Numbered from the stretch's first letter, positions 9,423-19,895 are shown. The stretch is DNA of 64,000 nt from an uncultured Spirochaetota bacterium (GCA_963845535.1 CAWJSK010000019.1:416001-480000), one strand, 5' to 3'. A program made the numbers and translations. Notes: generated from the letters alone by a model not told the origin.

Positions 9423-9505
9423 GCGTCAAACGCCGCCAGCCGTCATCGACTTTCTTACGGCGCCTGATCATCCGCAGGCGGCGGCCAGCACAAGGAGGCT
9501 TCTTC

Positions 9506-10966
9506 GTGAGTGTCAGGGTGCGCTACGCGCCGTCCCCGACGGGTTTCCAGCACATCGGGGGAGTGCGCACCGCGCTGTACAACTACCTCTTTGCCCGTTC
9601 CCGGGGCGGGAAGCTCATCCTGCGCATCGAGGACACGGACCGGGAAAGGTACGTCGAGGAAGCGCTGAAGGACATCTACGAGACATTCGAATGGCTGGGG
9701 TTCCACTGGGACGAAGGCCCGGACGTGGGCGGTCCCTGCGGCCCATACTTCCAGTCAGAGCGGCTCCCGCTCTACGCGGCGCGCGCCGCCGAGCTGGTGG
9801 AGAAGGGGCACGCGTACAAATGCTACTGCACGCCTGAGCGCCTGGCAAAGATGCGGGAGGAGCAGGCGGCATCCAAGTCGGGCCAAGGGTATGACCGTCA
9901 CTGCCGCTCCCTGAGTGACGCGGAACGCGGCCGGCTCGAGGCTTCCGGCTCCTCATCCGTCATCAGGCTCAAGGTGCCTCTGGAAGGCGCAACGAGCTTC
10001 ACGGACACGCTCCTGGGCGACATCACCGTGGAGAACTCCGACATCAACCCTGACCCCGTTCTCATCAAGTCGGATGGTTTCCCGACCTACCACATGGCGA
10101 ACGTCGTGGATGACCATCTCATGGAGATCACGCACATCATGCGCGCTCAGGAATGGCTGCCGTCGGCGCCGCTTCACGTGATTCTCTACAGGGCCTTCGG
10201 GTGGGAGCATCCGTTGCTCTGCCACCTTCCCATGGTCATGGGCAAGGACGGCCAGAAGCTCTCCAAGCGCCACGGGACAACGAGCGTCAAGGAGTTCAGG
10301 AAGCAGGGGTATCTTCCGGAGGCCCTCCTGAACTACATCGCGCTCGTAGGCTGGTCGTATGACGACTCGCGGGAGTTCTTCACCCTCGGGGAGCTGGAGA
10401 AGCTCTTCAGCATGGAGAAGATCAACAAGTCTCCAGCCGTGTTCGACTACCAGAAGCTGGAGTGGTTCAACGGCAGCTACATGCGAAAGCAGACTCCCGA
10501 GCAGCTGGCCCGCCTGATCGAGCCGGTGCTCACGACGGCGGGATTTGCGGCGGACGCCGCCCTGCTTGGAAAGATCGTGCCGCTCATCCAGGAACGGGTG
10601 AAGCTTCTCTCGGAGGTCCCGGACATGGTTCGCTTCTTTTTCGAGGAGCCCGCGCCTCCGGCCGCTTCCGCGCTCATCCCGAAGAAGGCTGAGCCCGCGA
10701 AGGCTCTTGAGGCGCTGCGGAGGGCGGATGATCTCCTGGGCCGGCTCACCGACATGGGTGAAGAGGCGGAGACGAAGTTCCGCGCGCTTGCGGAGGAGCT
10801 GGGCATGAAGCTGGGAGACTTGCTCATGCCGGTCCGCATTGCCGTCACGGGCTCGAAGGTCTCCCCGCCTCTTCTGGGAAGCATTGAAGCCATGGGAGTG
10901 GAGCGCGCCCGGGCCAGAATTGCGCGGGCAATTTCGATTCTTGAGACGAGTGCCGGAAGGAGCTGA
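9506..10966 (+). CDS. gltX: Glutamate-tRNA ligase
   Basis: RYAPSPTG, HIGG, RIEDTD, KLSKR; RBS AAGGAGG. Confidence 0.97.
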   Translation: MSVRVRYAPSPTGFQHIGGVRTALYNYLFARSRGGKLILRIEDTDRERYVEEALKDIYETFEWLGFHWDEGPDVGGPCGPYFQSERLPLYAARAAELVEKGHAYKCYCTPERLAKMREEQAASKSGQGYDRHCRSLSDAERGRLEASGSSSVIRLKVPLEGATSFTDTLLGDITVENSDINPDPVLIKSDGFPTYHMANVVDDHLMEITHIMRAQEWLPSAPLHVILYRAFGWEHPLLCHLPMVMGKDGQKLSKRHGTTSVKEFRKQGYLPEALLNYIALVGWSYDDSREFFTLGELEKLFSMEKINKSPAVFDYQKLEWFNGSYMRKQTPEQLARLIEPVLTTAGFAADAALLGKIVPLIQERVKLLSEVPDMVRFFFEEPAPPAASALIPKKAEPAKALEALRRADDLLGRLTDMGEEAETKFRALAEELGMKLGDLLMPVRIAVTGSKVSPPLLGSIEAMGVERARARIARAISILETSAGRS

Positions 10967-10969
10967 AGG

Positions 10970-12355
10970 ATGCCGGAAAAGTCGGACGTACGCGCTGAAG
11001 CGGTGACCATGGACACGCTCGTCTCCCTCACCAAGCGTCGAGGGTTCATCTTCCCGTCCAGTGAGATCTACGGGGGCCTGGCCTCCGCGTGGGACTACGG
11101 CCCCATGGGGGTGGAGCTGAAGAAGCGCATCCAGGAGTTCTGGTGGCGGGAGATGACGCAGCTCAACGACAACATCGTCGGGCTGGATGCCGCCATCATG
11201 ATGCATCCCCGGGTATGGGAGGCGTCAGGTCATGTGGAGAACTTCACCGACCCTCTCATCGACTGCAAGAACTGCAAGCACCGCTTCCGCGCGGACCAGA
11301 TACCCGAAGAGAACATGAAGGCGCACAAGTGCCCCGACTGCGGAGCCAACCAGCTCACCGAGGCGCGCAAGTTCAACCTGATGTTCACCACGCACATGGG
11401 ACCGGTGGAGGACGAGGGAGGACTGATCTACCTGCGGCCCGAGACGGCGCAAGGGATCTATGTCAACTTCAAGAACGTCCTGCAGACCGGGCGCGTAAAA
11501 GTCCCTTTCGGGATTGCCCAGGTGGGCAAGGCGTTTCGAAACGAGATCACCACAAAGAACTTCATCTTCCGCACGTGCGAGTTCGAGCAGATGGAGATGC
11601 AGTTCTTCATCCATCCCTCGGAGGACGCGAAATGGTTCGAGCACTGGAAGGGTAAGAGGCTCCAGTATTACATCGACCTGGGGATCAGGCCGGAAAAGCT
11701 GCGCTTCCATCAGCACGGACCGGACGAGCTGGCCCATTACGCCAAGCTCGCCTTCGACATCCAGTACGAGTTCCCGTTCGGCTGGAAGGAGCTGGAAGGA
11801 ATCCACAACCGCACGGACTACGACCTGAAGCGCCACACGGAGTACTCCGGCAAAGACCTCTCCTATCTGGACGAAGTGTCCCACGAGCGGTACATCCCGT
11901 ACATCATCGAGACCTCCGCGGGGCTTACACGGACGGTTCTTGTCGTCCTGGCTGACGCCTATGATGAGGAAGTCGTGGAGGGCGAGAAGCGGGTCGTTAT
12001 GCGCTTCCACCCGCGCATTGCCCCCACGACCGCGGGCGTGTTCCCCCTGGTGAAGAAGGACGGGCTTGCCGAGATTGCCCACAAGCTCTCCGACGAGCTG
12101 TGTGAGGAGTTCCGCACGTTCTATGATGAAAGCGGCGCCATTGGCAGGCGCTACCGCCGCCAGGACGAGGTGGGGACGCCGTTCTGCGTGACGGTGGACT
12201 ACCAGACCAAGGAGGACCAGACTGTCACCATCAGGTTCCGCGACTCCATGGAGCAGGTCCGCGTGAAGATGGCGGAGGTCGGCACCACCATCCGAAAGTC
12301 GATCAAGGAATACAAGCGAGTTTCCAGCGGGACAAATGGAGGGAAGCAGGCGTGA
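10970..12355 (+). CDS. glyQS: Glycine-tRNA ligase (alpha2 type)
   Basis: WDYGPMG, LRPETAQG, FRNEI, EFEQME, IGRRYRRQDEVG. Confidence 0.96.
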   Translation: MPEKSDVRAEAVTMDTLVSLTKRRGFIFPSSEIYGGLASAWDYGPMGVELKKRIQEFWWREMTQLNDNIVGLDAAIMMHPRVWEASGHVENFTDPLIDCKNCKHRFRADQIPEENMKAHKCPDCGANQLTEARKFNLMFTTHMGPVEDEGGLIYLRPETAQGIYVNFKNVLQTGRVKVPFGIAQVGKAFRNEITTKNFIFRTCEFEQMEMQFFIHPSEDAKWFEHWKGKRLQYYIDLGIRPEKLRFHQHGPDELAHYAKLAFDIQYEFPFGWKELEGIHNRTDYDLKRHTEYSGKDLSYLDEVSHERYIPYIIETSAGLTRTVLVVLADAYDEEVVEGEKRVVMRFHPRIAPTTAGVFPLVKKDGLAEIAHKLSDELCEEFRTFYDESGAIGRRYRRQDEVGTPFCVTVDYQTKEDQTVTIRFRDSMEQVRVKMAEVGTTIRKSIKEYKRVSSGTNGGKQA

Positions 12356-13584
12356 GCGGTGCGTTTGACACGCTCAAGGAACGAGGGTTCGTCAGCCAGT
12401 GCTCCAACGAGGAAGGCCTGCGGAAGCTCCTGGATTCCGAGCGTGTTACGTTTTACATCGGGTTTGATCCCACCGCGGAGAGCCTTCACATCGGGCATCT
12501 GCAGCAGCTCATGTTCATGGCGCACCTGCAGCGCGCCGGGCACAGGCCAATTGCCCTCGTGGGAGGCGGCACCACTCGCATCGGGGATCCCACGGGCCGG
12601 ACAGAGAGCAGGAAGATCCTTTCCGTGGAGGCCATCGCTGCAAACGCGCAGCTGTTTCGAAAGCAGATCTCGAGGTTCCTGGATTTCAGTGAGGGCAAGG
12701 CGCTCATGCTGGATAACGCGGAGTGGCTCGCTCCTCTGAACTATATCGAGTTCCTTCGGGACATCGGCGTGCATTTCTCCGTCAACCGGATGCTCTCGTT
12801 TGAAACGTACAAGATGCGGCTGGAGACCGGGCTGTCGTTCATCGAGTTCAACTACCAGCTCCTCCAGTCCTATGACTACCTCGTGCTGTACCGCAAGCAC
12901 GGCTGCCGGCTGCAAATGGGCGGAGACGACCAGTGGGGCAACATCGTGGCGGGCATGGACCTCATCCGCAGAGTGGAAGGCGTGGAGGCCTTCGCGCTCA
13001 CCTCGCCACTCATCACGCGGTCGGACGGCAAAAAGATGGGCAAGTCGGAGGGCGGCGCCCTGTTTCTTGCTCCCCACTTGGTGAGCCCGTACGAGTTCTA
13101 CCAGTTCTGGGTGAATGTGCCGGATGCTGACCTGCGGCAGTTCTTCCTGAGATTCACCTTCCTTGCGCCCACGGAGATAGAACTGCTGTGCGCGGCGAAG
13201 GACCAGAAGATCAACGACGCAAAGCGCAAGCTCGCCTTGGAGATCACCTCCCTCGTGCACGGCGCGGATGCGGCGCAGTCTGCCGAGGATGCATCTCGCG
13301 CGGCTTTCCAGACTAATGACGGGGCCGACATGTCGGGAGTGCCTTCCGTGTCCCTTGCGCGCGCCGAGATCGAGAAGGGGATTCCGGTCGTGGATCTTTT
13401 CGTGCGAGCCGGTTTGTGTGTCACCAAGAGCGACGCCCGCAGGCTGGTGTCCCAGGGCGGGGCATACGTGAGCCGGAAGAACGTGACCGATATCAACGCC
13501 GTCGTGTCAGCGGACGCGGCAGAGGACGGCGTCATTCTTCTTCGAGCCGGCAAGAAGAGGTATTTCCGCGTCGTCCTGAGCTGA
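12352..13584 (+). CDS. tyrS: Tyrosine-tRNA ligase
   Basis: GFDPTA, HIGH, GGDDQWGN, KMGKS and C-terminal S4-like domain. Confidence 0.97.
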   Translation: MSGAFDTLKERGFVSQCSNEEGLRKLLDSERVTFYIGFDPTAESLHIGHLQQLMFMAHLQRAGHRPIALVGGGTTRIGDPTGRTESRKILSVEAIAANAQLFRKQISRFLDFSEGKALMLDNAEWLAPLNYIEFLRDIGVHFSVNRMLSFETYKMRLETGLSFIEFNYQLLQSYDYLVLYRKHGCRLQMGGDDQWGNIVAGMDLIRRVEGVEAFALTSPLITRSDGKKMGKSEGGALFLAPHLVSPYEFYQFWVNVPDADLRQFFLRFTFLAPTEIELLCAAKDQKINDAKRKLALEITSLVHGADAAQSAEDASRAAFQTNDGADMSGVPSVSLARAEIEKGIPVVDLFVRAGLCVTKSDARRLVSQGGAYVSRKNVTDINAVVSADAAEDGVILLRAGKKRYFRVVLS

Positions 13585-13594
13585 AGACATCGGA

Positions 13595-15556
13595 ATGTCG
13601 ACGGCGGAGTATCTGTACGCTTTCCTTCTTCTGCTCCACGCGCTGACGGGCGCCGCCATCGCGGTTTCGTTGCGTCGGGGGGTGACCACCAAAGAAGCGC
13701 CGTTTCTTTTCCTTCGCGCGCCCGAGCTTCTTTTCGCCCTTGCAGGCGTCCTGTTCCTTTTTTCCTTCATCTACGCGACCAACGCCAACATGGACTACGT
13801 CCAGCGATTCATGGCCACCCACGGCAACCTCCGGCTTGCCCCCAACAGCTCCAAGGAGCGCCTTGCCGCGTGCTTGCGCTACCTTCCGCTCCTGGCTGTG
13901 GACGCGGCGGTCGTATGGTATTTCAAGATTCGCGGATCAACGGGCCGCGTGGAGGCCCTGGCGCTGCCGGCGGCAATCGTGTCGGGGATCCTCTACGCCC
14001 TCTCGGAGCCTTCGTTCGTCAGCACCGGCGGCATTCCCATCCTCGCGTGGGTGTGCCTCGTCCCGCTCTTTGTCGTGCTGGAGAACGCGAGCCTGGGGCA
14101 GGGGATATTTTACGGAACGCTCACGGGAATCATTCAGACCATGATCTCGAACTTCTGGCTCGGGACATTCAACCTCCTGACCTTGCAGTTCGTGACGGTG
14201 GTCACGCTGCTCGAATACGTCCCGTTCATGGCCATTTCACTCGCCTTGCTGCGCGGGAGCCGGAAGCGGGGCGTAAGCGCAGCCGGATGGCTCGTTTTCC
14301 CGGCGGCCTGGACCGCTTTCGACTGGGTACGGTCACAGGGCTTCCTGGGGTACCCCTGGGGCATGCTCGGCGCATCCCAGTATTCGGTGATACCGATCAT
14401 CCAGGTTGCCTCCCTGGCGGGCGTCTGGGGGGTGACGTTCGTTGTCACGATGGCCAACAGCGTGATCGCATGGTACGTCTCGGGCTGGATTGGCAGGGTC
14501 CGAAGGGATGCGGTGCCCGCCATCGCCCTTGGCGCGGTCCTGGCCGCTTCGCTGGCATGGGGCGTGCTGCAGATCCGATCGGACGCTGCGGCTTCGCGGG
14601 CCGGCAAACGCACGGTTCGCATCGCCCTCGTGCAGCAGGATGCGGACCCGCGCAAGGAAGACTATGGGCAGACTTTCCAGACGCTCAAGGGCCTGACTGC
14701 TCGGGCGCTCGTCAGCAAGCCCGACCTCGTTGCCTGGTCTGAGACGGCTTTCGTGCCTAACATCAGGAGATGGAGCAAGGAAGACCCTTCGAAGTTCCCG
14801 CTTGCTGCGCTCGTGAGGGATTTTCTTGCCTACCAACGCGGCATTGGGACGTGGCTTCTCACCGGAAACGACGACTACGAGCTCAAGACCAGGAATGGCG
14901 TAGAGGAGCGGCTGGACTACAACGGCGCTGTGCTGTTCTCTCCCGCTGGGGAACGCGTGGAGACGTATCACAAGATCCACCTCGTTCCTTTCACCGAGTA
15001 TTTTCCGTTCAAGAGACAGCTCCCGTGGCTCTACCAGTTCCTCTTGAGCTTCGACGCCTATCTCTGGGAGCCGGGGGACCGCAGGGTGGTTTTTCACCAC
15101 CCGCTCTTCTCGTTCTCAACGCCCATTTGTTTCGAGGACTCGTTTCCCAACGACGTGCGGCTTTTCGTCACGGAAGGCGCCCAGGTCATTCTCAACCTGT
15201 CCAACGATTACTGGTCCCAGACCGATACCGAAGCCATGCAGCATGCGGCCAACGGCGTTTTTCGCGCCGTGGAGAATGGGCGGCCCCTTGCCCGGGCCTC
15301 TGCCTCCGGCCTGACCTGCGTCGTGGACACTCTGGGGCGGATCACGGCACGCGGTCCTTTCTATGAGCCGACCTTCCTTGTTGCGGACATCCCGATCCCA
15401 AACCGCGGCTTCACGGTCTACACGAGGTTCGGCGATTGGTTCCCCGCGGCCATGGCGTTTTTGCTGGTGGGCTTCGCGGTCGCCTGCGCGGTGGGCGCGC
15501 GAAGGCCTGGCGGCGCACGCGGGCGCGGTGGCGCGGGAAAGCGCGACGGGGCATGA
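13595..15556 (+). CDS. lnt: Apolipoprotein N-acyltransferase (paralog 1)
   Basis: GYPWG; catalytic E-K-C motifs WSETAF, KIHLVPFTEY and ICFED. Confidence 0.9.
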   Translation: MSTAEYLYAFLLLLHALTGAAIAVSLRRGVTTKEAPFLFLRAPELLFALAGVLFLFSFIYATNANMDYVQRFMATHGNLRLAPNSSKERLAACLRYLPLLAVDAAVVWYFKIRGSTGRVEALALPAAIVSGILYALSEPSFVSTGGIPILAWVCLVPLFVVLENASLGQGIFYGTLTGIIQTMISNFWLGTFNLLTLQFVTVVTLLEYVPFMAISLALLRGSRKRGVSAAGWLVFPAAWTAFDWVRSQGFLGYPWGMLGASQYSVIPIIQVASLAGVWGVTFVVTMANSVIAWYVSGWIGRVRRDAVPAIALGAVLAASLAWGVLQIRSDAAASRAGKRTVRIALVQQDADPRKEDYGQTFQTLKGLTARALVSKPDLVAWSETAFVPNIRRWSKEDPSKFPLAALVRDFLAYQRGIGTWLLTGNDDYELKTRNGVEERLDYNGAVLFSPAGERVETYHKIHLVPFTEYFPFKRQLPWLYQFLLSFDAYLWEPGDRRVVFHHPLFSFSTPICFEDSFPNDVRLFVTEGAQVILNLSNDYWSQTDTEAMQHAANGVFRAVENGRPLARASASGLTCVVDTLGRITARGPFYEPTFLVADIPIPNRGFTVYTRFGDWFPAAMAFLLVGFAVACAVGARRPGGARGRGGAGKRDGA

Positions 15557-16305
15557 CGCAGCCAGGCACGAAATCTGTGCGGCTTTCTTTCTTCTCCGTG
15601 CACTCCCGCCTGTTCAAAGCCTATGGGCCGCAGGGCTGGTGGCCCCTCCCGAGCATGGCCGGGAAGCGCGGGTTCGACTCCCGCGGCTACCACCCCGGCA
15701 GCTACCGCTGGCCGCGCTCGGCGCGGGGCAGGTTCGAGATCATCCTCGGGGCCATCCTGACACAGAACACGGCATGGACGAACGTGGAGATGGCGCTCAA
15801 GCGCCTTGAGGCCGCGGGACTGGAGCTGCCGGAGCATTTCCTGCGGACCCCGTCCAGCCGCCTTGCGCGCCATATCCGCAGCTCGGGGTACTTCAACCAG
15901 AAGGCAAAGAAGCTGAAGATCGCGGCAAAGGTATTCTCACGACCGGGGGCGCTCGATATGCGGGCCGCTCCCACGCGTGAGGAGCTCCTGGAGCTCTGGG
16001 GGATCGGACGGGAAACCGCTGACTCGATCCTCTTGTACGCGTTCGCCCGACCGGTGTTCGTCGTGGACGCCTATACGCGCAGGATCTTCACGCGCCTGGG
16101 CGCTTTTGACGGGACCGAAACCTATGACGAGATCCAGGAGGCGTTTCACCGCCGCCTGCCCCGGAGCACGGAGCTGTTCAACGAGCTGCATGCGCTGATC
16201 GTCGAGCACGCAAAGCAACACTGCCGCGCCACGCCGGACTGCTCCCACTGTCCGCTCTCCGGGTCGTGCCGCTATTTCCGCGCGTCCCTCCGCCCTTCTC
16301 CTTGA
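15553..16305 (+). CDS. HhH-GPD/endonuclease III-like DNA glycosylase with C-terminal 4Fe-4S motif
   Basis: GAILTQNT, GIGRETADSIL, VVDAYT, C-x6-C-x2-C-x5-C; ATGA overlap with the lnt stop. Confidence 0.85.
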   Translation: MTQPGTKSVRLSFFSVHSRLFKAYGPQGWWPLPSMAGKRGFDSRGYHPGSYRWPRSARGRFEIILGAILTQNTAWTNVEMALKRLEAAGLELPEHFLRTPSSRLARHIRSSGYFNQKAKKLKIAAKVFSRPGALDMRAAPTREELLELWGIGRETADSILLYAFARPVFVVDAYTRRIFTRLGAFDGTETYDEIQEAFHRRLPRSTELFNELHALIVEHAKQHCRATPDCSHCPLSGSCRYFRASLRPSP

Positions 16306-16337
16306 ACCGGCGCGTATTTTCCGCGACAATCCCTTCC

Positions 16338-17511
16338 ATGGCTTTCGAAGGCATGAGGCGCATCGTCGTCTGCGGCCATATCTGCCTCGACATCATACCG
16401 ACGTTCCCTCCCGTCGCGGGGCAGGACTATTTCCGCCCGGGCCGCCTCACGATCGTCGACGCCGCCGTGACGGCGACCGGGGGCACCGTGTCCAACGTGG
16501 GGCTGAGCCTGCACAAGCTCGGGGTTCCCGTGCGGCTGGTAGCCAAGGTCGGCAAAGATCCGTTTGGCGATATCGTCACCCGAAAAATGGCCGCCACGGC
16601 GGCGGACCTTGCGAACGGCATCACCGCCGTGGAGGGTGAAACCACTTCCTACAGCGTCGTGATCAATCCGCCCGGCATCGACCGTGTCTTTTTTCACTGC
16701 CCCGGCGCCAATGATACTTTCACGGACGCAGACGTGCCGGACGGAGTCTTCAAAGATGCTTCGATCTTCCATTTCGGATATCCGCCCTTGATGAAGCGGA
16801 TCTGGTCTGACGGAGGGGACTCCCTGCTGCGCCTGCTCAGGCGGGCAAAAGCGGGCGGGCTTGTCACGTCCCTGGACATGAGCCTTCCCGACCCGGGCAG
16901 CGCGTCAGGCATGATCGACTGGGGCTCGTTTCTCGCGCATGTGCTCCCTGCGGTCGACATTTTTGTCCCCAGCATCGAGGAGTTTCTGTTCATGGGGAAC
17001 AGGCCCCTGTTTGACAAACTGTCAGCCGGCAGGGGAGGAGACGCCGTTGTCCAGGACATCACCCTGCGGGATGCGGCGCTTCTCGCCGGGCAGGCGCTTT
17101 CCGCAGGGGTCTCCGCGGTCCTCATCAAGATGGGGGACCGAGGCGCCTACCTGAGGACCGACCCGAAGGGGCTGGGCGGCCTTTCCCGCTGGTCGGGCCG
17201 CGAGCTCTACACTCCCGTGTTCCCGGTGCCCTTGGTGGGAGGAACGACCGGCGCGGGAGATGCGACCATTGCCCGGGTTTCTCGCTTCCGTTTCCAAGGC
17301 CCTCGGTCCGGATGACGCCCTCACGTTTGCCGTTGCCGTGGGGGCTTGCTGCGTGGAAGCCCCGGACGCCACCTCGGGGGTCAGGGCGTGGCGGGAAACG
17401 GAAAAAAGGGTGCGCGATGGATGGAAGCGCTCCAGTTCCCCGGTTGCCGAACCAGGCTGGAAGCGGCTGGAGTCAGGCGTCTGGGCAGGCCCGGCGGACG
17501 CGCAAGCCTGA
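16338..17511 (+). CDS. PfkB family carbohydrate kinase, frameshifted near 17271-17277
   Basis: GHICLD, GGTVSNVG, GKDPFG, GTTGAGD. The C-terminus GFLASV...AVGACCVEAPDA continues in another frame; removing one C from GCCCGGG restores GAGDATIAGFL. Confidence 0.85.
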
Positions 17512-17556
17512 GCAATCATCTTGGCTGAGAGCGCAACTCGATTCGATGTATGGGGC

Positions 17557-19059
17557 TTACGACCCGGAGTCGAACACGGTCTTTCCCACCTCGTAGCGGC
17601 TCACGTCCAGAGTGCTGCGGTATTCCGCAAGATCCGTCAGCTCGCGCTTCAATTCGGGGAACGTGTATGCGAACTCGTTCGTGCCTTCCTGGACCACCGG
17701 CTCCGCCTTGAGCTGCGCCGCAATTCGCTGGAGGATTTTCCGGGAGACTTTTGGAAAGTCCTTTGGATCCAAGCCGGAGCCCAACGGCCGCACATTACGG
17801 GCATCCACATGCGCGGGGGAGGAAATGATCTGGCCCAGGATCTCCTTGCGCAACGCTTCCCTTCGTATGGCCTCGTTCTGCCGGGAAAGCCTTATCCTGC
17901 GGAAAAGGGGAACCAGGAAAAAGACGATGGAGAACAGCACGGGGACAATGCCGAGCCCGATCTCCAGGACCCCGACGGGATTGATGCTGACGTTCATAAG
18001 CAGATTGCCCGTGAAGGCGTAGAGAAAAGGTCCGGTCTTTCCCAGGGCCGCCGCCCCCTGCGTGAGGCTGATGGCCAGGAAGTACGTGCCGAAGAGCAGG
18101 TTGAAAGCGTTGAAGAATATGATCCAGCCGTTCGTCTTTGGTTTGTTTGCTGAGAAAGGCACCGGCCGCCGGGTGGGCCCGGCCTGAAGCTGAACGGTCC
18201 CCTGCTCCTGCGCGTCGCGCGATGTCCTCATCAGCTCGGCGAACGTGTAGATCAGGGTGCCGTTCTCCGTAACCCCCGGCTCTCCTTCGTACTCCAGGAG
18301 GAGCCTGTTCATCAGCGAATTGGCGTCATCACCTTCGCGGCCCGTCATGCCCATCAACTCTTCGAGCGTGATCACCCCTTTGTGGCCCTGGATGTAGGAG
18401 ATGACGTGCTTTCTCTCCCTTTCCTCCCAGCCCTGGTTGGAGTCCCCATCCCCGAAGACGAAGCCGAAAACCGACTTGTAGAAGGCGCGTCCTTCCCGGG
18501 GCCTGCGCTGCCGCTCGTTCATGCCCAGAATGGAGGACCAGAACCACATCCTCAAAATCAGGTCCAGGAGCTGCATGGCGAGATACATCCCGCCGAACCC
18601 GCCGCCGCCCCCTCCGCGACGGTCATCACGCCCCCCTCTGCCGGCCGCGCTCGCCGCCACCGAGGCCACGATGGCAAGGACGCCGATGGCCACGAAGGCA
18701 ACGAAGTAGCCGACGAGCATGGCCACGATCCATACTTTGAAAAGGAAAGAAAAGACGCGAGCCGCGCCTCGGGCGAAGTTTTTCCAGAATCGCCTCATGC
18801 CCGGCCCGAATCCATGGACCGTGCTGCGCATCCCGCCGGGGAAGTAATAGAGAAGCTCTCCGGACTCGGTGACTTTCAGGCGTCCCGCGTACTCATCCAG
18901 GGCTACTTTTGCGGCCTGCTCGACCTGGTATTTGGGCAGGCTGGTCCCTGAGATCATGTCGGCAACGGTGGATTCGCCGCGCCGGGTCTTGAGAAACGAA
19001 ACCAGCTTGTCCTCGACCCGGGCCATGGGAAAATCATAAACCTTGGGGACGGTCGCCAC
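17557..19059 (-). CDS. Conserved hypothetical membrane protein (resembles cyanobacterial/plastid At5g03900-like family)
   Basis: Repeated G-x-L/P-x-V-T-E-x-G-x-L-x-Y-x-F motifs, FVFGDGD, several TMs; GTG start 6 nt after GAGGAGG. Family resemblance recalled, not searched. Confidence 0.6.
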   Translation of the reverse strand: MATVPKVYDFPMARVEDKLVSFLKTRRGESTVADMISGTSLPKYQVEQAAKVALDEYAGRLKVTESGELLYYFPGGMRSTVHGFGPGMRRFWKNFARGAARVFSFLFKVWIVAMLVGYFVAFVAIGVLAIVASVAASAAGRGGRDDRRGGGGGGFGGMYLAMQLLDLILRMWFWSSILGMNERQRRPREGRAFYKSVFGFVFGDGDSNQGWEERERKHVISYIQGHKGVITLEELMGMTGREGDDANSLMNRLLLEYEGEPGVTENGTLIYTFAELMRTSRDAQEQGTVQLQAGPTRRPVPFSANKPKTNGWIIFFNAFNLLFGTYFLAISLTQGAAALGKTGPFLYAFTGNLLMNVSINPVGVLEIGLGIVPVLFSIVFFLVPLFRRIRLSRQNEAIRREALRKEILGQIISSPAHVDARNVRPLGSGLDPKDFPKVSRKILQRIAAQLKAEPVVQEGTNEFAYTFPELKRELTDLAEYRSTLDVSRYEVGKTVFDSGS

Positions 19060-19195
19060 GCCAAGCCTCCTCGTTCGAGAAGCTCCCTCGATACATTTAC
19101 GATATAACAAAGGCGGGCAATAGACAAAGGGGCTGGCGACCCGTCACGGCAAGCTTCCACGCAGCGTGGCGCGCCCCGGCGCAGCTCCTGCCCCC

Positions 19196-19224
19196 TTGAC
19201 AGATACCGGCGCTTCCAGTAGCTT
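19196..19224 (+). promoter_or_regulatory. Sigma70 promoter of rpsT
   Basis: TTGACA-N17-TAGCTT. Confidence 0.65.
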
Positions 19225-19274
19225 CACAACTTGTTGCGAGTGAAACACTTGCAATCGCGTGGAGGTGACGTTAC

Positions 19275-19541
19275 TTGTCCAGGAATCTCTCGGCTGAAAA
19301 AGACCAGAGGCAGAGCGAAAAGCGACGCCTGAGGAACAAGATGATCAAGAGCAGGGCAAAGACTCTCGTGAAAGACTTTGTCCAGCTCGTGGATGGCAAG
19401 AAGAAGGACGAGGCGCAGAAGAAGCTCACGGAGCTTTCTTCGTTCCTCGACAAGGCGGTCTCGAAAGGCATCTATCACAGCAATACCGCTGCCCGCAAGA
19501 AATCCCGCATGCACCACCTTCTGGGCAGCCTGAACGCCTGA
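19275..19541 (+). CDS. rpsT: 30S ribosomal protein S20
   Basis: SAEK...RRLRN, LDKAVSKGIYHSNTAARKKSR; TTG start after GGAGG. Confidence 0.95.
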   Translation: MSRNLSAEKDQRQSEKRRLRNKMIKSRAKTLVKDFVQLVDGKKKDEAQKKLTELSSFLDKAVSKGIYHSNTAARKKSRMHHLLGSLNA

Positions 19542-19557
19542 AGAAGACGGGCCAATC

Positions 19558-19857
19558 GTGGCCAGGGAAAAACTTTCCAAGGCCGAAATAGTCGAGAACA
19601 TCTACCCGCAGGTCAAAGCGAGCAAGAAGAACATCCATCGGATCATCGACTTGTTCTTCGACCAGATAAAGTCCGGTCTGCTCGCGGACAGAGTGATCGA
19701 GCTGCGCGGTTTGGGGACGTTCGAGATTCGCACCCGCAAGGGGCGCAAGGCAAGAAATCCGAAGACGGGTGACTCGGTGGTCATCCGGGACCACGGGGTG
19801 GCCCATTTCCGGCCCGGCAGGGAGCTGAAACAGAAAGTCTGGGACTTACGGAGTTAG
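19558..19857 (+). CDS. HU/IHF family DNA-binding protein (Hbb-like)
   Basis: IELRGLGTFE, ARNPKTG, FRPGRELK; follows rpsT as in spirochaetes. Confidence 0.9.
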   Translation: MAREKLSKAEIVENIYPQVKASKKNIHRIIDLFFDQIKSGLLADRVIELRGLGTFEIRTRKGRKARNPKTGDSVVIRDHGVAHFRPGRELKQKVWDLRS

Positions 19858-19895
19858 GGCTCTGTCGGGCCTGGGAGCATCTTTGAGCGGCAGCC

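Noticed and set aside
8188..13260. Long antisense ORFs (e.g. 8188-9471, 9953-11206, 12199-13260)
   Set aside because: High-GC shadow frames opposite well-supported genes, with no motifs.
15667..15686. tRNA/tmRNA T-arm-like GCGGGTTCGACTCCCGC
   Set aside because: No acceptor, D or anticodon arms; lies in frame inside the HhH-GPD gene.
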